DNA of 63,349 bases, the filler included, from Octopus bimaculoides (taxonomy: Eukaryota), in assembly GCF_001194135.2 (NCBI RefSeq). It is 5 parts of 4 records of this genome, joined end to end, with 100 filler letters (N's around TTAATTAATTAA, not from the genome) between each part and the next. Parts side by side here need not be neighbours in the genome. Positions count along the whole stretch, not along the records: positions 1 to 31,207 come from NC_068986.1; 4 more parts are not named here. One strand, written 5' to 3'. How positions within the stretch are numbered: position 1 is the stretch's first letter; every line of letters begins with the position of its first letter. A program made the position numbers and the translations under genes. Below the pieces are notes generated by a model, which was not told the origin of the DNA, ran no database searches, and saw only the letters and a list, made by a program, of their open reading frames with translations. Below, in pieces: positions 14,931 to 29,446 of this stretch.

Positions 14931-15763
14931 TGCTCTCCCTATCTCTCTCTCAACATACACACATTGATTCTTTCCAATTTATAACTTGCAGCTGCATTAA
15001 CAATGAATGGAACAGACTGAATCTACCAGTAGGTGTCTCCCCCATTCTTCTCGCAACTGTTATCCTCTCCGTCTTGCATCAATACCCTTTCTCTTCCTGT
15101 TGTTTGCAGGTGGGATAATAGGCTGTTTAACATGGACAAACTTAATGAGTGCTTGCTAATCACTATTTTTAGATGATTTTGTATGTATGTAGCGAAAGAT
15201 AGATAATGACCAATGAAATAAATCCATTCATACATATGTATATCATTGCTTATTGTGCTTTGGAAAGAATTCAGCAAAATTTAGTCAATAAATTTCATAA
15301 CCTTTGTTTTTATGTAAACCCAGTCATTAGTTTTACAAGTTAATTACACCTTCTATTCAATTGCTCTGAGACAGAGCAGTGGGGATGGGTTGTAAAAAGA
15401 GGAGGTGTATGTCTGTCTGACTGGGGTTTTGTGTAAAAGTTTGCGCTATTTGTTTCACTGTAAATTTTAATTTAGTTAATTATAACCATACAATTATCTA
15501 ATAGGAATTTGCTGGTGCATTAATTACTCATACATTATGTAATTCGCATTCATCAATTCTTCTCTTTTGTTGTGTGATGAGAGGTTGAATAATGCAAATC
15601 TTAAGCAATAGAAATCATAACTATTGAGTTTCACTTCTTCCACTAATATTTTGCTGTGAACTTGGTCAAGCCACATTCACCTAACTTTGCAGGGGATTGT
15701 CGGTTTAGTGGACAAGGTATTTAAAAAAAAATTACATTGTAATGACAGAGTCAGTATTAAATA

Positions 15764-16307
15764 CCTTGAGGTGATACTGTAAATCCTCGAGTATAATCCG
15801 CACTTTTCCCCAAAAAATTTAAAGGTCAAAATTTCTAGTGCGTATTATATACGAGGTTAAAAATGAAAACTATTTTCTAAGCAAAATTTCTTAATTGATA
15901 AATATGTAAAGGCAATTTACTTAATATTTATTTTTCACTGACTTTATTACTGTTATTTCTTTATTTTATGCAAACAAAGTGCACAAAAAAGCTACATGTT
16001 TGCATTATGTTATATATACAATGATAATAAAGGACATTACCGTATATATGTTTACAAACCAAGGACGTTATATAGACCCCCTTGACTCAAGTTAGAGAAG
16101 GGGTGCGTATTATACACAAGGTTTAGGTTTTTCAGAGGTACAGCCCCCTAAATATCCCCTGTGTATTATACTCAAGGGTGGACTATACTCGAGGATTTAC
16201 GGTATTTATCCCCACTTGAGTGTGGATGTTCTGTTTAAACAAACTATATCCGTTGCAGTTTAGTTTGCTCTAACGACATTCAAGTGGGGATAGATATTAC
16301 CTCAAGG
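15764..16307. mobile_element. Small outer MITE interrupted by the Tc2-like element
   Basis: Removing the inner element restores ccttgaggtgatatttatccccacttgagtgt, which matches the reverse complement of acattcaagtggggatagatattacctcaagg; flanked by TA. Confidence 0.75.
15777..16202. mobile_element. Non-autonomous Tc2/pogo-like MITE, 426 bp
   Basis: TIRs C(T/C)GTAAATCCTCGAGTATA(A/G)TCC, flanked by TA; no ORF. Confidence 0.85.
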
Positions 16308-17930
16308 TATCTTTAGTGTACTCATGAGTAACAAACACTAAATTGAATATCTCCAACTCACTGGAAATTAGGGATCAAATTATATACACCACTGTGCTAT
16401 CTATCTAAGGGGGTAAATGCATACTCAGTCCAATAGGATCTGGTGACCCAACCTTCTTAAATTATGAACTGTGGTTCATTTTGGGATTAGCTATTTATTT
16501 ACACCAAACAGTGATAAAGAAATGACTATAGCAAATGTACCTGTGTACAATGAACCCATCATGCTTCTTGAAACTATCCATTATTATCAAAATGAGAAAA
16601 AAAAAAAAAGGTGGGTGCTAAGAGCAAATGTCTGTAGAGGTATTCGTTTATTTTTTTCTAACTGCAAGATAAAAACATGTAATAATTATCTCATTAGATT
16701 TTCAAAGAAATCTAATCTTTTCAAGCAATTGTATGTTCTTTCTAGTTTTGTGAAGATTTTTCTCTGATACCTTTTTTTTTTTTCATTTTAGTATGTTTTG
16801 ATAGAATAATGATCACCTGGGCAGTTTGCTTTCAGCCAGATTTGTTCACATGTGGGAATTATGTTTGCGTAGTGTTTATTATATAACCTTGCTTGTCATT
16901 AATTCCAGGGAGATGTTTATATAGTATTAGAATCTCTATCTATATCAGTAGCGCATCAGTTTAACCTCGTTTTTCTTTTCTTTTCGGTATGACTTTTTAT
17001 GTCAGTTCTCTTAAAACTTGGGAGTTAGGTAAATAAATGAATGAATGAATGAATGATCGCACAGCAGCAGTGCCTTTTGCACAGAGTAATAACAACATAT
17101 AAACATCAGTTCTGTCCATATGGAAAAACCAAGTAACCTGAAAATATATATCTCTATCAAGCAGTTAAGAAGTGTGTAAAAATTTATGATAAATTGAAAT
17201 TAATTCTTTATCACAGATCCATATTGCTAACTCTTAAATTAAACTTTACTGGTGTTATTCAGGCTTGCCTACAGAGCTAAAACAAATGTTATTTACTTCA
17301 ACAACAACTAAGCCCGTCAGAAACAGCTTCAAAAAATTATGATGTAAATGTTATTTATTGAATGTCACAAATATATATCATGGAATGTTTTCTACCATCA
17401 GTTTTTTGTGTCTAGGACTTTAGTGTTCAAATCCTCAAGAGGTTGACGTTGTGTTTCATCACTATTTCATAGGTCAATAAAATGTGCGCCTGTTAAATTC
17501 TGGGATTAATGTTATCAACTGTAACCCTGTGTTCCAAATTTATCCCTTTGCACCTATGTTAGAGACCACCATCTTTATCATTGTCGTTGTCATCATCATC
17601 ATCATCATTTTAATGCTTAGGTTGAGCAGGTTTGCAATCTGGCATTTCACCACTTGTCTCAATTCCTTTTTTATGTTATCCTCTTTTTATTGATAAATTG
17701 CGAGAAATAATCACGAAGGGAAAAAAGGAAACCCTTGAAAGTGAGGATACTGTCAGTGCAATATTTTTGAAACTTTTTTCAGTATAATCACAAAGGGTGA
17801 GAGGTCAAGAGCATGCCTGTGTCTGCATCTACTTGTGACTACACAGGCACCTTAAAACAGTTAGTGAAAAGCATGACACATGCTACCAAGCCATGCTTAC
17901 TTGTGAATGATGGTTCCATGATTTATGTAT

Positions 17931-18250
17931 ACTCTTTACTCTCTTTTACTCTTTAGCCATGCTGGAGTACCACCTTTAGTCGAGCAAATCGCCCTCAGGA
18001 CTTATTCTTTGGAAGCCTAGTACTTATTCTATCGGTTCTTTTGCTGAACTGCTAAGTTACGGGGATGTAAACAAACCATCATCGGTTGTCAAGCGATGTT
18101 GAGGGACAAACACAGACACACACATACACATATATACGACAGGCTTCTTTCAGTTTCCGCCTACCAAATCCACTCACAAGGCTTTGGTCGGCCCGAGGCT
18201 ATAGTAGAAGACGCTTGCCCAAGGTGCCATACAGTGGGATTGAACCCATG
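17931..18250 (-). mobile_element. Family B SINE
   Basis: Near-identical to 30748-31136. Confidence 0.85.
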
Positions 18251-19444
18251 TTTATATTCTGTGAGTAATACCATAATAGCATTGAATGCTTTTGGAATTT
18301 GAATGTGAATTTATGTAATTCAAACTAAGAAGAGGTACAATTATGGCTCTGAGATTTTTGGTGTCAGATTATTGACCCTGCATTATAAATTCCACCATCA
18401 CCACCACCACCACCACTGAGCAGTGCTCTTGGGAAAGGTGCATAACTCTGTTTGCTTTGGGGTTTCTTGGCTGACTTTTTGAAATGAAGATGAAAAACTT
18501 TTCCATACTATTTCAGTATTAACCTCTGAATATAGTCACAGCAGTATAATCTGAATGTTGCTGTAGTACCTGACTGGAAACGTTTCGTTTCCACTAGCAT
18601 CTCTTGGAAGATAGAGTGTAGCTCGAATTTCTAGGACCTCATCACATGGCATTAATTCTTGCGACACCCATCCATTGTATTGTGTCCTCCGGGCAAGACA
18701 TACTACTCTCTTCGCCTCAGTGAGCCTAATAAGTGTCATTCCCCACTTCATGGCCCAGTGATTTGCAGTTGGAAATGCATCCGACTGTAAAAGCACTTTC
18801 TTTAATAATATGCAAGCGTTCGGTGTTGGAGAAGAGAGTGAATAGTTGAAGGGGGAGGGGTTATTAAAAAAAAAAATTTTTTTTTCACCACCATTTTTTA
18901 ATATGCAAAAATGAATAATCTCTTGCCTTTGTGAACATTGCTGTAATACTTTTCCTAAAAGTTATATATTTTCTAGCTTGAAATAATTCTATTCGTCTCC
19001 ATATTCATATTTTTGATAAGACACCATTGCTATGGATACCAAAAGATAACATGGAATTGGAGGGTGGTAGTAAGTAGCTAAAGAATTTTCAGAGAAAGTG
19101 TGTGTGTGTGTGTGCCCCTGCGCATGTGTGTCTGAGGTTTTCTGATTGAATCAAATATTGATGCTAATACTTAAGAATTGGATTCATTGATTTTGATGAA
19201 ATCAATAATATGTGTGTGGGGCATTAATGTATCAGAAGTTAAGGCTCTGGACTATTGACCACATATGGTGATGTGTTTGGTTTTGCTAGAGTCATTATAT
19301 TGTGTCTCCGAGCAAAGTGAACCACAATGTTCTACATTAGACCAAGAACAGGCAAAATTTGCCTGCATTCAGTTGTGTGTGTGTGTGTATTTGAATTATC
19401 AGTATGTGTTAGCTACAGGGAAGGCATTCAACTAGCTGTAAAAT

Positions 19445-20019
19445 AATCTGCCAGTAATCCTTGCCTTCAGTTCATCTTTGCTGTTACAAGGAGTTCTGTT
19501 GGTCTCTTGCTCAACTGCACCCCAAGGGGGTTGCAGTCTGGGGAGTTAGGTGGTCAGATGTTAAGAGTGATGTGGTTGCAGAAATTGTCTGACAGCCATG
19601 ACTGGTTTCCGCTGCTTGTTTGGCATGGTGCAGAATGCTGCTGCCAGACCTAGTGTCTTCTAGCAGCCACCCTCTTGACCCAGAGCAGCACTACCTCCTC
19701 CAGGCACTTGATATAGGCCTCTGTGATGTTGACTGGATGTTTGATTTTTACTACTCTCGATACATGTCCTCGGATTGCATTATCCTCAGATTGACACCCA
19801 AACACTCTGAAATGTTCGTATTTGAGCTTGCGGCGCAAATGCCAAGCATTACAGTATGTCATTTCCAAATTTCTAGCTGAGTGAATCCTGTCATGTTGGT
19901 GTTTTTCTTACAGACAGTGCCCAACTGACCCTACCATACTGTGTAGTCAACAAAAGCAAACAATGCGCTTGCACAAAATTGAAAATATAAAATGGTGACA
20001 ATTTATTTATTGCACCCTG
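19445..20019 (-). mobile_element. Decayed, deleted Tc1/mariner (DD37D-type) element
   Basis: Terminus TA-CAGGGTGCAATAAATAAATTG at 20019; remnant AYIKCLEEVVLLW..VWQQHSAPC..WLSDNFCNHIT..PPNSPDCNPL with stops. Left boundary approximate. Confidence 0.85.
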
Positions 20020-20024
20020 TATGT

Positions 20025-20072
<48 letters not shown>

Positions 20073-20326
20073 NNNNNNNNNNNNNNNNNNNNNNNNNNNN
20101 NNNNNNNNNNNNNNNNNNNNNNNNNNNNNNNNNNNNNNNNNNNNNNNNNNNNNNNNNNNNNNNNNNNNNNNNNNNNNNNNNNNNNTATATATACATATAT
20201 AAGTTAGATAGATAGATAGGTAGGTAGGTAGGTATGTTTAATATACATACATATATGTATATAAAATACAACACACAAATATATGTACTATGTAGACAGG
20301 TATTTGTAAGATATAAATAGATTAGT

Positions 20327-20368
<42 letters not shown>

Positions 20369-21438
20369 TATATACACACACTTGTAAGTCTGTGTGTATG
20401 TATATTCTTGTTTAGTGTACTCATCTCATTTATCTGCTAGATGAAATAATTGCTACTCAGATAAAGAACCATAAGTGTCTTAGCCAGTTACTGAGGACAT
20501 TTCATTGAATTGCTTTCAAAGAAACATCAATAAATTTTTGCTTATAACAATGCTCTGACTCTTGCTTGTTGTTGTCTGCACAATTCAATGATACTCTGAC
20601 AGCTATGCAATTGCTATGAATTAAGTCCAAAAGCAGGCTTTTTCACAAACTATTTATGATACAACTACCTTTTCCTTTGTCATTCGTTATATCTTTTGTA
20701 TTTATACCTGATGAAATCCATCACTCATTGTGTCGAATATAGCATTTTACCCTAATTTTGCCAAAGACATTGTATTTTTTTTTTGTTTTTTAAATTTATT
20801 TTATTTTTGTAATTTATCCTATTAACTTTTTACAGTTATTTTTTTTTCGTTTGTTTTTTGTTTTTTCTTTGTATCTTGTGTTCTGCTGGTGCACACTTTA
20901 TGTTTTATCTATCTCATTAACTGGGGGTTCCATCATAGTGAATCAGTATGGGTCAGCTCTCTGCACTCTCGAACCAAACAGGTAATTCAGTGCATTGTGC
21001 CTTTTCTGTATTTCGCCCACCTATCGTTTGTTCATCATAATGCACTCTTGTCATTGATCGCACACTTCAGATATGATAGGTCATAAATTTACCTGGGAAA
21101 AAGTTTTATTGCAATTGATCAGTCCTGCTGTTGCTTAGTGTCACAAGCATTTACAAATATGACTTTTCAAACATTGCTCGAACCAGCCTGATTTGGTCAA
21201 CATCATGAGAAAATGTCTCAAATCTATTATTTATTCCACTGTTTTTACTCAGCTTTTTTTGGCTCAAAGTAAATGATATCTTTCAAAATGAAAGACCTGA
21301 CTATGAATGTCTTGTTTTATTCATTTTATAGTACATTTGTGTCTAAAATATTTGCCAATTTATAAAGTGCAAAACTTGGAAAATGTCCAACTTGTAAATT
21401 ATCAATAATAAATATATATGATCTCAAGAATTTAATGA

Positions 21439-21501
<63 letters not shown>

Positions 21502-22602
21502 NNNNNNNNNNTCTTTCCTTCTTAAAACATTGAGCTCTTCTATTTTAGCCCATTTTTTGATTTTTGATTTTTTTGTAGTGAGGGGTGTTCAAAGATTTAC
21601 TTTTGTTCAAGATTCACAAAAATAAACTAACAAACAATAACATGACACAATTTTTCTTTTGTTGTGAAATAGCTGGATAGAATGCCATAACAGATGATTA
21701 AAAAAAAAATGGTGGGTGGATACTTATCTTTTGCAATTTTATTCCAAGAATTGCGGGGATGGAACTAAAACAAAAAAAAATATATTCAAACTGAAAAACC
21801 CTGGTGAAATGGAATATCACCAACTCTCGATTAAAATTGTAATAGAAAGTTTTCTTTGTGATATCTCTATGGAGGTGGAAAAGAAGGACTCTACTTTGTG
21901 GAGAGACAAATTGACAAAAAAACGTCAAATTTGAGAAGAAGTATCTTCTGGTTGGAGCAACTCCTTCGTTTTATTTAAACATATTTACTTGATTCTTATA
22001 TTTAATATAGTATTATTGGTTGTTCCCGTCTTGAATAGTTATGGTGAACAGCTGCCAAGTCCATTGCTTCATATTCTCCTGCAATATTCCCAGACAATGT
22101 TCCTTTGTCTGGTGGCGATAGCATAAGGTGTGAAGTGGTGGATAAGATGGAAAAGACTTGGGTCAGATACTTTCTTCTCTGATCAAGCCTACGTAAACTT
22201 ATTCAAGTTCCATTTAGCGAGGAAGCTTAGAGTGGAGAGGGAAATGCTGTCCCCACTAAATTTTCGGAAAGATGGGTTTACAATGTGCAAGAAAGGCCCG
22301 TGTGAATGGACCTGTGCTACTTAAGGTTGTCAGAGTAAGTCTTGAGGATTATTTTGGATAATGTAGTCCTAAATTAAAGATTTCCTTGAGAGAGGGAGAG
22401 GATAGACATAACTTCAGGTTAAACCTCAATACATACAACAGTAACAGTGCCAACATCATAACAACAAAATCTCAAAAGGTTCTGTCTTTCAGAGATCTGT
22501 AGAAATACAGCTCTGAGTGATATTCCATAAATTGTATGACTCAAAAAAAAAAAAAAGTGGGGAGAGATTTTTTTTGTTGGTGCTAATATTTAATAGCTGG
22601 AA

Positions 22603-23222
22603 GGTGGTGAGCTGCCAGAAATGTTAGCGTGCTGGGTGAAATGTTTAGCGGTATTTCATTTGTTCTTACGTTCTGAGTTCAAATTCCGCCGAGGTCGACT
22701 TTACCTTTCATCCTTTCGGGGTCGATAAATTAAGTACCAGTTATGCACTGGGGTCGATGTAATCGACTTAATCCGTTTGTCTGTCCTTGTTTGTCCCCTC
22801 TGTGTGTAGCCCCTTGTGGGCAGTAAAGAAATAAGAAATGTTAGCACGCCAGGTGAAATGCTAAGCAGTATTTCATCTGTTTTTACAGCCTGAGTTCAAG
22901 GGATCGATAAATTAAGTACCAGTTGTGTACTGAGGTTAATCTAATCAACTACCCCCACCCATTCCCCCCAAATTTCGGTCCTTGTGCCTAGAATAGAAAA
23001 GAATATTTAATGGCTTGATAACATGCCAGGCAAAATGCTTGGTTGCATGTCATCTGCCCTTACGTTCTGAGTTCAGATTCCACTGAGGTTGACTTGACGT
23101 TTCATTCTTCCAGGATCAATAAAATAAGTACCAGTTGAGCATGAGGAACAATGTAATTGACTAACTTACTCCCCTGAAATTGCCAGCCTTGAGTCAAAAT
23201 TTGAAGCCATTATTTAGCACTC
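22603..23222 (+). mobile_element. Cluster of three family A SINE copies
   Basis: Full copy 22603-22832 followed by two decayed copies with the same gttctgagttcaaattcc..ataagtaccag core. Confidence 0.8.
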
Positions 23223-23674
23223 AAGAATCTCAGAAACTTGTTTCAGTTTGGCAGTATTAGAGGGTGGGGGGGATACCTACTTTCTGTTAAGTTGATTGAA
23301 ATTGGTGTAATGAACAGTGTTCCTCTCATTTCTGCCTTGAGCAAGCATTGACCTGGAAGACCATGCTGATGCTTGCTCCAGTCATTACCAAATATGGTGA
23401 TATCCTCAAGATTGTCATTTGGGATCAAAGTATCTTGGTTTCGACAGTATTTAGCAAGCTAGGATTGTCTACTTGGTCAAAAATATATACATTGGTTTAG
23501 TGGTCTACCACTCTAAGCTGTTAGTATTGTAACATTGCTCAGTGTTTAGCAGTAATGCCCCTCTCTCTCTCTCCCTCCCCCCTCTCTCTCTCACACACAC
23601 ACAAACATATACACATACACACACGTAAAAATATGTGTATTTATGCATGTTGTTTATTTTATGGTAATAGTATA

Positions 23675-23763
<89 letters not shown>

Positions 23764-26700
23764 NNNNNNNNNNNNNNNNNNNNNNNNNNNNNNNNNNNNN
23801 NNNNNNNNNNNNNNNNNNNNNNNNNNNNNNNNNNNNNNNNNNNNNNNNNNNNNNNNNNNNNNNNNNNNNNNNNNNNNNNNNNNNNNNNNNNNNNNNNNNN
23901 NNNNNNNNNNNNNNNNNNNNNNNNNNNNNNNNNNNNNNNNNNNNNNNNNNNNNNNNNNNNNNNNNNAAATATATTAGCATATATTTTTGAAATGACTAAT
24001 ATGACTCTAGCAAGATGCAATTGTTTAAGTTTTCAACACACGATCTATTCCGATGAAAGCACTTGTCAAACAAGTGCAACTAAAGAATGCTAAATAATCT
24101 GACTTAAATCCCTGCTTTGATTCAACATAGCAATAACAACCTATCTAAAAAAAAAAAGAAAGAAAAGAAAAGGATTTAAACAAACAAAAAAAAAAAAAGA
24201 TTTTAAATAATACTATTGACTTAAAAGAGATTTTTTCTACTTTCTTCATTACCTCGTCCTTCTTTAGTGATAGAAGAGGAGGCTAAATTCTGATGAATAA
24301 ATATGAAACGGGGTGGTGAGGTGAGTAGTTGGGGGTCTCTAAAACAGGTTTGTTTTCCTTTTCTCTCTGTCTGTCTGTCTGTCTTTCTGTGTCTCTCTTT
24401 ATCAGTCTGTCTTTCCCTCTCTCCGTCTCTTAACTACCAACCTATTGACTGTACTTGTAATAAATATACAAAATGAAGCATCTTGCACTAAAGATCTGTT
24501 ACAGTTTGATGTTCACTCGTTTATCAGAGGCATTTTGTCAAAGCCATATTAGACACACAGACACACACGTATATCTGTTTGGAAACTATGAGTATCATCT
24601 TTCCTCTGTTGATACTAGACCTTTGACATTTCTCTAAAATTAAACAATTTCTGTAACTTGCTGAACTTTTAGGAAATAGCTTCTAAGAATATTACTGAAG
24701 TCAGTGAAAAAAATAACAATAATAAATAAATAAATAAATAAACTAAATCACAGGCCAAAAAAAAAAAAAAGCTAATTTGTTTGTATTTCGTTTTACTTTT
24801 CATAGCTTTCTTCTTACACACAAACACACACATGCATACACATGTACATACATGTATGTATGTTTGAGAGAGAAAGTGTGTAAGTCTGTGCGTATCCTTA
24901 CTTTATTAGGCATTTCATTTCGGTGAGAAAGCAAGGGCTATCCAGAAAAGCATCAATTTAAATGCTTATTCCCTCTTTCTTGCCTTTACTAGGTATATCT
25001 CATCTCAAACAGCATCCTTGTATATATATATCTCACTTTGTGTGTGTGTTTGTGTGTGTAGATTTGATTCTATAGTATCACAGTTACTTTCTTTTCCTAC
25101 ACCCAAATCCATCAAACATCTCATAACATTACTTATACTTTCACTTAATGGAAGCCTATCAATATAATGTTTTCTAGCTTAGCAGCTTTTTTTTTCAGTG
25201 TTTTTTCTTCTTCTTCCCCTTTCCTTTTTTTTTCATCTTTATTAAAGCTTAATTGAGGTGGTTTTAACTCACCTGATTTAACTACATACATATATTGCTG
25301 AAAAAGTTTGTGGAAGATTTTTAACCATTAGCAAATATTCAATTCTCAATCAAGAAAGCTCACTCGTATCATATCAGTTTTCTGTTCTGTCTTCCTTGAG
25401 CAATATTCAACCGAAAGCTAGCTAGATCTGTGTTTTCTTCTCTTTTTTCTTCTCTGCTCCTCTATTTTGTAATCACAAGTAAGATTCAGTTAAACATGCA
25501 CTACCATGTTTCCTGACCAATATGATGGCTGGATCAAGGGTGATGTGCAAAAATCTTGATCAAATGGTTGATCAGTTAGTCATTAACTTTAATATGTTGG
25601 TTCATGAACTCATTTGATCCTCTTTATTAGCTAGTTGTAAGGTGATGAATTGGTAGAGTCATTTCAAGTTGTTGGATAGAACGGATGTCTTGCCATATTT
25701 TTCCAACTCTCTGAATTCTGATTTCGAATCCTGTTGAGGTCAACATCACCTTTTATCCTCCCAGTGTCAGCAAAACAACACCAATCCAGGTCAATGGATT
25801 GGCAGAAGTATTAGTGTCAGGCAGCATAGCATGTGGTATTTTCCTAGTTCTTTGTATTCTAACAGCAATGCCTGAGATGAAATTGGTGCCAAGCTGCATT
25901 GGTCCTAAGGTGCCAGCTCTTTCTCTTGGTTAAACATTGGTAGTGTGCAGAGGAAGAACTTACATGTATGGCATCTGTTAGCTTTCGTTAGAAAACTTCA
26001 ACCAAGCACAAGCATATCTCTGCTAAGCAGCAGAAGATATAGAAGTAGTTGTAAATATGACAAGATTTGACCTAGCAAATTGCTTCACTTCCTATGTATT
26101 CTTATTTAGCAATGATTGGGCTCCTGACAAGTTCTAATGTGGTGCTGGGTTTTAGTAACAGACCCAGTTTGGAACGTTTCTGGCACAGGGTGGGGATATT
26201 CTAACAAATAACTTTTTTAATTTTTGCATATTTGACTTTGCACTGTTTAATTCCTTATCAATAGGAATCAGTAATATTTTTGGAATAACCAAATCAATTA
26301 AGCTTTTCACCTCCCTTACAGAAACTGCTTTTGTACTTAATTGAAAATATTTAGTATTAATAATAATAATAATGATCAGTAGTTTTATCATTATCATTCT
26401 TGAAGTATTTACACACATTCATTTCCACACACGAGTTTATTTTGATATAAATTTGAAGTGGATTCATTGGTTTCAAATATAAAATAGGTAGGAGAGAGGA
26501 GGAGTGATTTTTACTTTCTAAAAAATCAATGCTGTCTCTTCATTTCATATGAATTTCATCTGTTGTAAATATTTGAAAATAATCTTTGTTTATTTATTTA
26601 TTTTTTTTTTTTGTTTGGTTCCTTTTCTATGGCTGCTGGATTCTAGAAAGAGAGAGTGTGTCAGAAGCTAACAAACGAACGATAATTATCTCTGATATTT

Positions 26701-26932
26701 TACCAAGCATAAAGAGTGTTATGTATCTCTTGGGAAATGGAAGAAATCTTTAAAGCATAATGACATCTTGGTCAGATTGTGAAAGAAATGCCTATAAGAA
26801 TGGTTTTAAAACGTATCAAGTGATGGGGAGGAAAAAAAGAAAAAAAAAGAAGAAGAAAATTGCATCTTTTCGTATTTTCGTTTTCAATGAGACAAATGCA
26901 TAATAATATTTTTTCTTCTTCTTTCTTTGCAG

Positions 26933-27039
26933 ATAAGGTTGTGTCACAACATCCTGCAGATCGAGGGATCGGACCAATTCCTGGCTATGTTGTTTCACCT
27001 TATCCTTATCCCAATGGGGCTTCTGTTCCAGCTAGTTTG
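26933..27039 (+). CDS. TCF: Internal coding exon of a TCF/LEF (pangolin/TCF7L2-like) transcription factor, region just after the beta-catenin-binding domain
   Basis: Strong acceptor (ttcttctttctttgcag) and donor (TTG|gtaagt); 107 nt, phase 1 to 0; encodes (D)KVVSQHPADRGIGPIPGYVVSPYPYPNGASVPASL, which resembles the GPPYPGY..SPYLPNG segment of TCF7L2 as I recall it. No other TCF exon found in the window. Confidence 0.7.
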
Positions 27040-27180
27040 GTAAGTCTCTGTTTTATTGCAGTAGATAAACTGCTTTGATAGCTTGAATTAGGCAGCGTTT
27101 TTTTTGTTGTTGTTTTTTTTTCCTAACAACATGGCTAGACAAAAGGCACTTAGATTAGTTGGCTTATTTGCTTCTTGTTC

Positions 27181-27223
<43 letters not shown>

Positions 27224-27431
27224 ATCATTATTATTATTATTATTAGTAGCAGCTTGTATGTTTACATTAGTAGTATCTTCCTCCTCTAATCTTGTCTGGT
27301 GGTTAAATAATCACCAATAGTGGTGATTTTTCATATACATTTTCAGTATTTCAACAACTGGTGAGGTTGTTTTTTTTCCTTCTCTCTCCCTCCATTCATG
27401 TAGGCAGCAATCAAGTGGGAGTGGAAGGAAG

Positions 27432-27483
<52 letters not shown>

Positions 27484-28229
27484 ATATATATTCATGCCTT
27501 CAATTGGGTGTGCGTGTGTGCACTGAGGTCATACTAATTATTCCACACATTAACACAACAATCAGATTACCAATCTCCTTGTTTTGATCAACTGGCAGAT
27601 AAGAATCTTTCCAAGCCATTACCTTTCTCTAACACAATAAGGCTCATTAGTTTTGCTTTTTTCTTTTATTTTTTTATTTAATGTATGCTTTTTTTTTTGT
27701 CTTGTGTTTCATATTTTTTGTATATTCTTTTCCCCTCTCTGTATATTCTGATTGTATATCTATATCTATCTGTATATATTTATATATTTCACCCAGCAAA
27801 AGGGTTCCTAAATATTAACTAAAAGGCCTTAGTAAAATCATGTAATAATCGTTTCTTGAATAATTAACTCTGATTTATGCTTAACTATTAACATCTCGAG
27901 TTGTGATTCTTTCTGTATTACTACACGTGTCTGTGTGTGTATCTATATAATTGTAGGGTGTGAATTTATCAATGTTGTAAATCCTGCTGAAATTACAGGG
28001 GTCACTTTCGACATTTTTGATTGTCTTAATAAAAGGTTGTCTTTCCCATTTAGTGGATGTTGAGATACTGTTGAAATATGTGACTGTATCTATTCTTCTA
28101 ATTCATCATTTGCCACCATCAAAAGACTGTGGTCACTCTGCCCTGTTTCCCCACTCCCAGCAAAATTTCACAAAATTCACTTTTACTGACTTAATACATT
28201 ATATATATATATGAAATTGAACCATACTC

Positions 28230-28685
28230 GATGACTGGTCACCGTACCAGTGGAGCACTAACAGCACTGTTGAGCATGTTCATGCCAGAGTAGCTGTCTG
28301 GCTTCCATGCTAGTGGCCGTAAATAGCACTATTAGAGCGTAATCGTTACCAGTGTTGCCTTCTAACACTTGTGCTGGTGGCACGTTAGAAAATCATTCGA
28401 GCGAGGTCATTGCCAGTGCCGCTGGACTGGCTCCCGTGAAGGTGGCACGTAAAAAACACCATTTGAGCATGGCCATTGCCAGTATCACCTGACTGGCCTT
28501 TGTGCCGGTGGCATGTCAAAGCACCACTACACTCTCGGAGTGGTTGGCATTGGGAAAGGCATCCAGCTGTAGAAACTCTGCCAGATCAGATTGGAACCTG
28601 GTGCAGCCTTCTGGCTTGCCAGTCCTCAGTCAAATCGTCCAACCCATGCTAGCATGGAAGGCGGACATTAAACGACGATGATGAT
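28230..28685 (-). mobile_element. Interspersed repeat family C (SINE-like, adjacent to (CAT)n)
   Basis: Shared core ccatgctagcatggg..ctacagctggatgcc(c/t)ttcc; other copies at 5160-5530, 41512-41765, 43648-43840 and 48590-48830. Confidence 0.8.
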
Positions 28686-29201
28686 AAGCCATAGGTGCAA
28701 AGCATGGCTGTGTGGTCAAGAAGTTCATTTCCCAACTGCATATCTTCTCCTATATCCCCAGGCCAACTAAAGCCTTGTCAGTGAATTTGGTAAACAGAAA
28801 CTGAAGAAAGCCTGTCGTGTGTATGTATGCACACACGTGTATGTATATGTCTGTGTCTCTTTGTCTTGAATCATGTGGTAGTTGTACATGAGTATTACTG
28901 TCATACAGGCAATGTCATCCCTTTCCATGTATGGTTGGCTGGTGACAGGAAGCGCATCCAACCATAGAAAATCTGCCTCAATAAATTCCATGTAACCCAT
29001 GCAAACATGGAAAAACTGGACCTTAAAATGGAGTTGATGATGTTAATCAAATAACAATGGCAAGCCAAGCAAGCTTGAACCTGCACTCCATGAACTCTTA
29101 CGAGTTTAACACTTCTGAGTTTCAAAATTCCATCACAATCACCTTTACATATCAGCTCCTTACCAGTTAATCACTAGAAAAAACCCCAAAAGACCATTTT
29201 A

Positions 29202-29234
<33 letters not shown>

Positions 29235-29415
29235 NNNNNNNNNNNNNNNNNNNNNNNNNNNNNNNNNNNNNNNNNNNNNNNNNNNNNNNNNNNNNNNNNN
29301 NNNNNNNNNNNNNNNNNNNNNNNNNNNNNNNNNNNNNNNNNNNNNNNNNNNNNNNNNNNNNNNNNNNNNNNNNNNNNNNNNNNNNNNNNNNNNNNNNNNN
29401 NNNNNNNNNNNNNNN

Positions 29416-29446
<31 letters not shown>

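Noticed and set aside
24268-24320. Possible alternative first exon with GAG|gtgagt
   Set aside because: The only open ATG frame ends in phase 0, but the TCF exon needs phase 1
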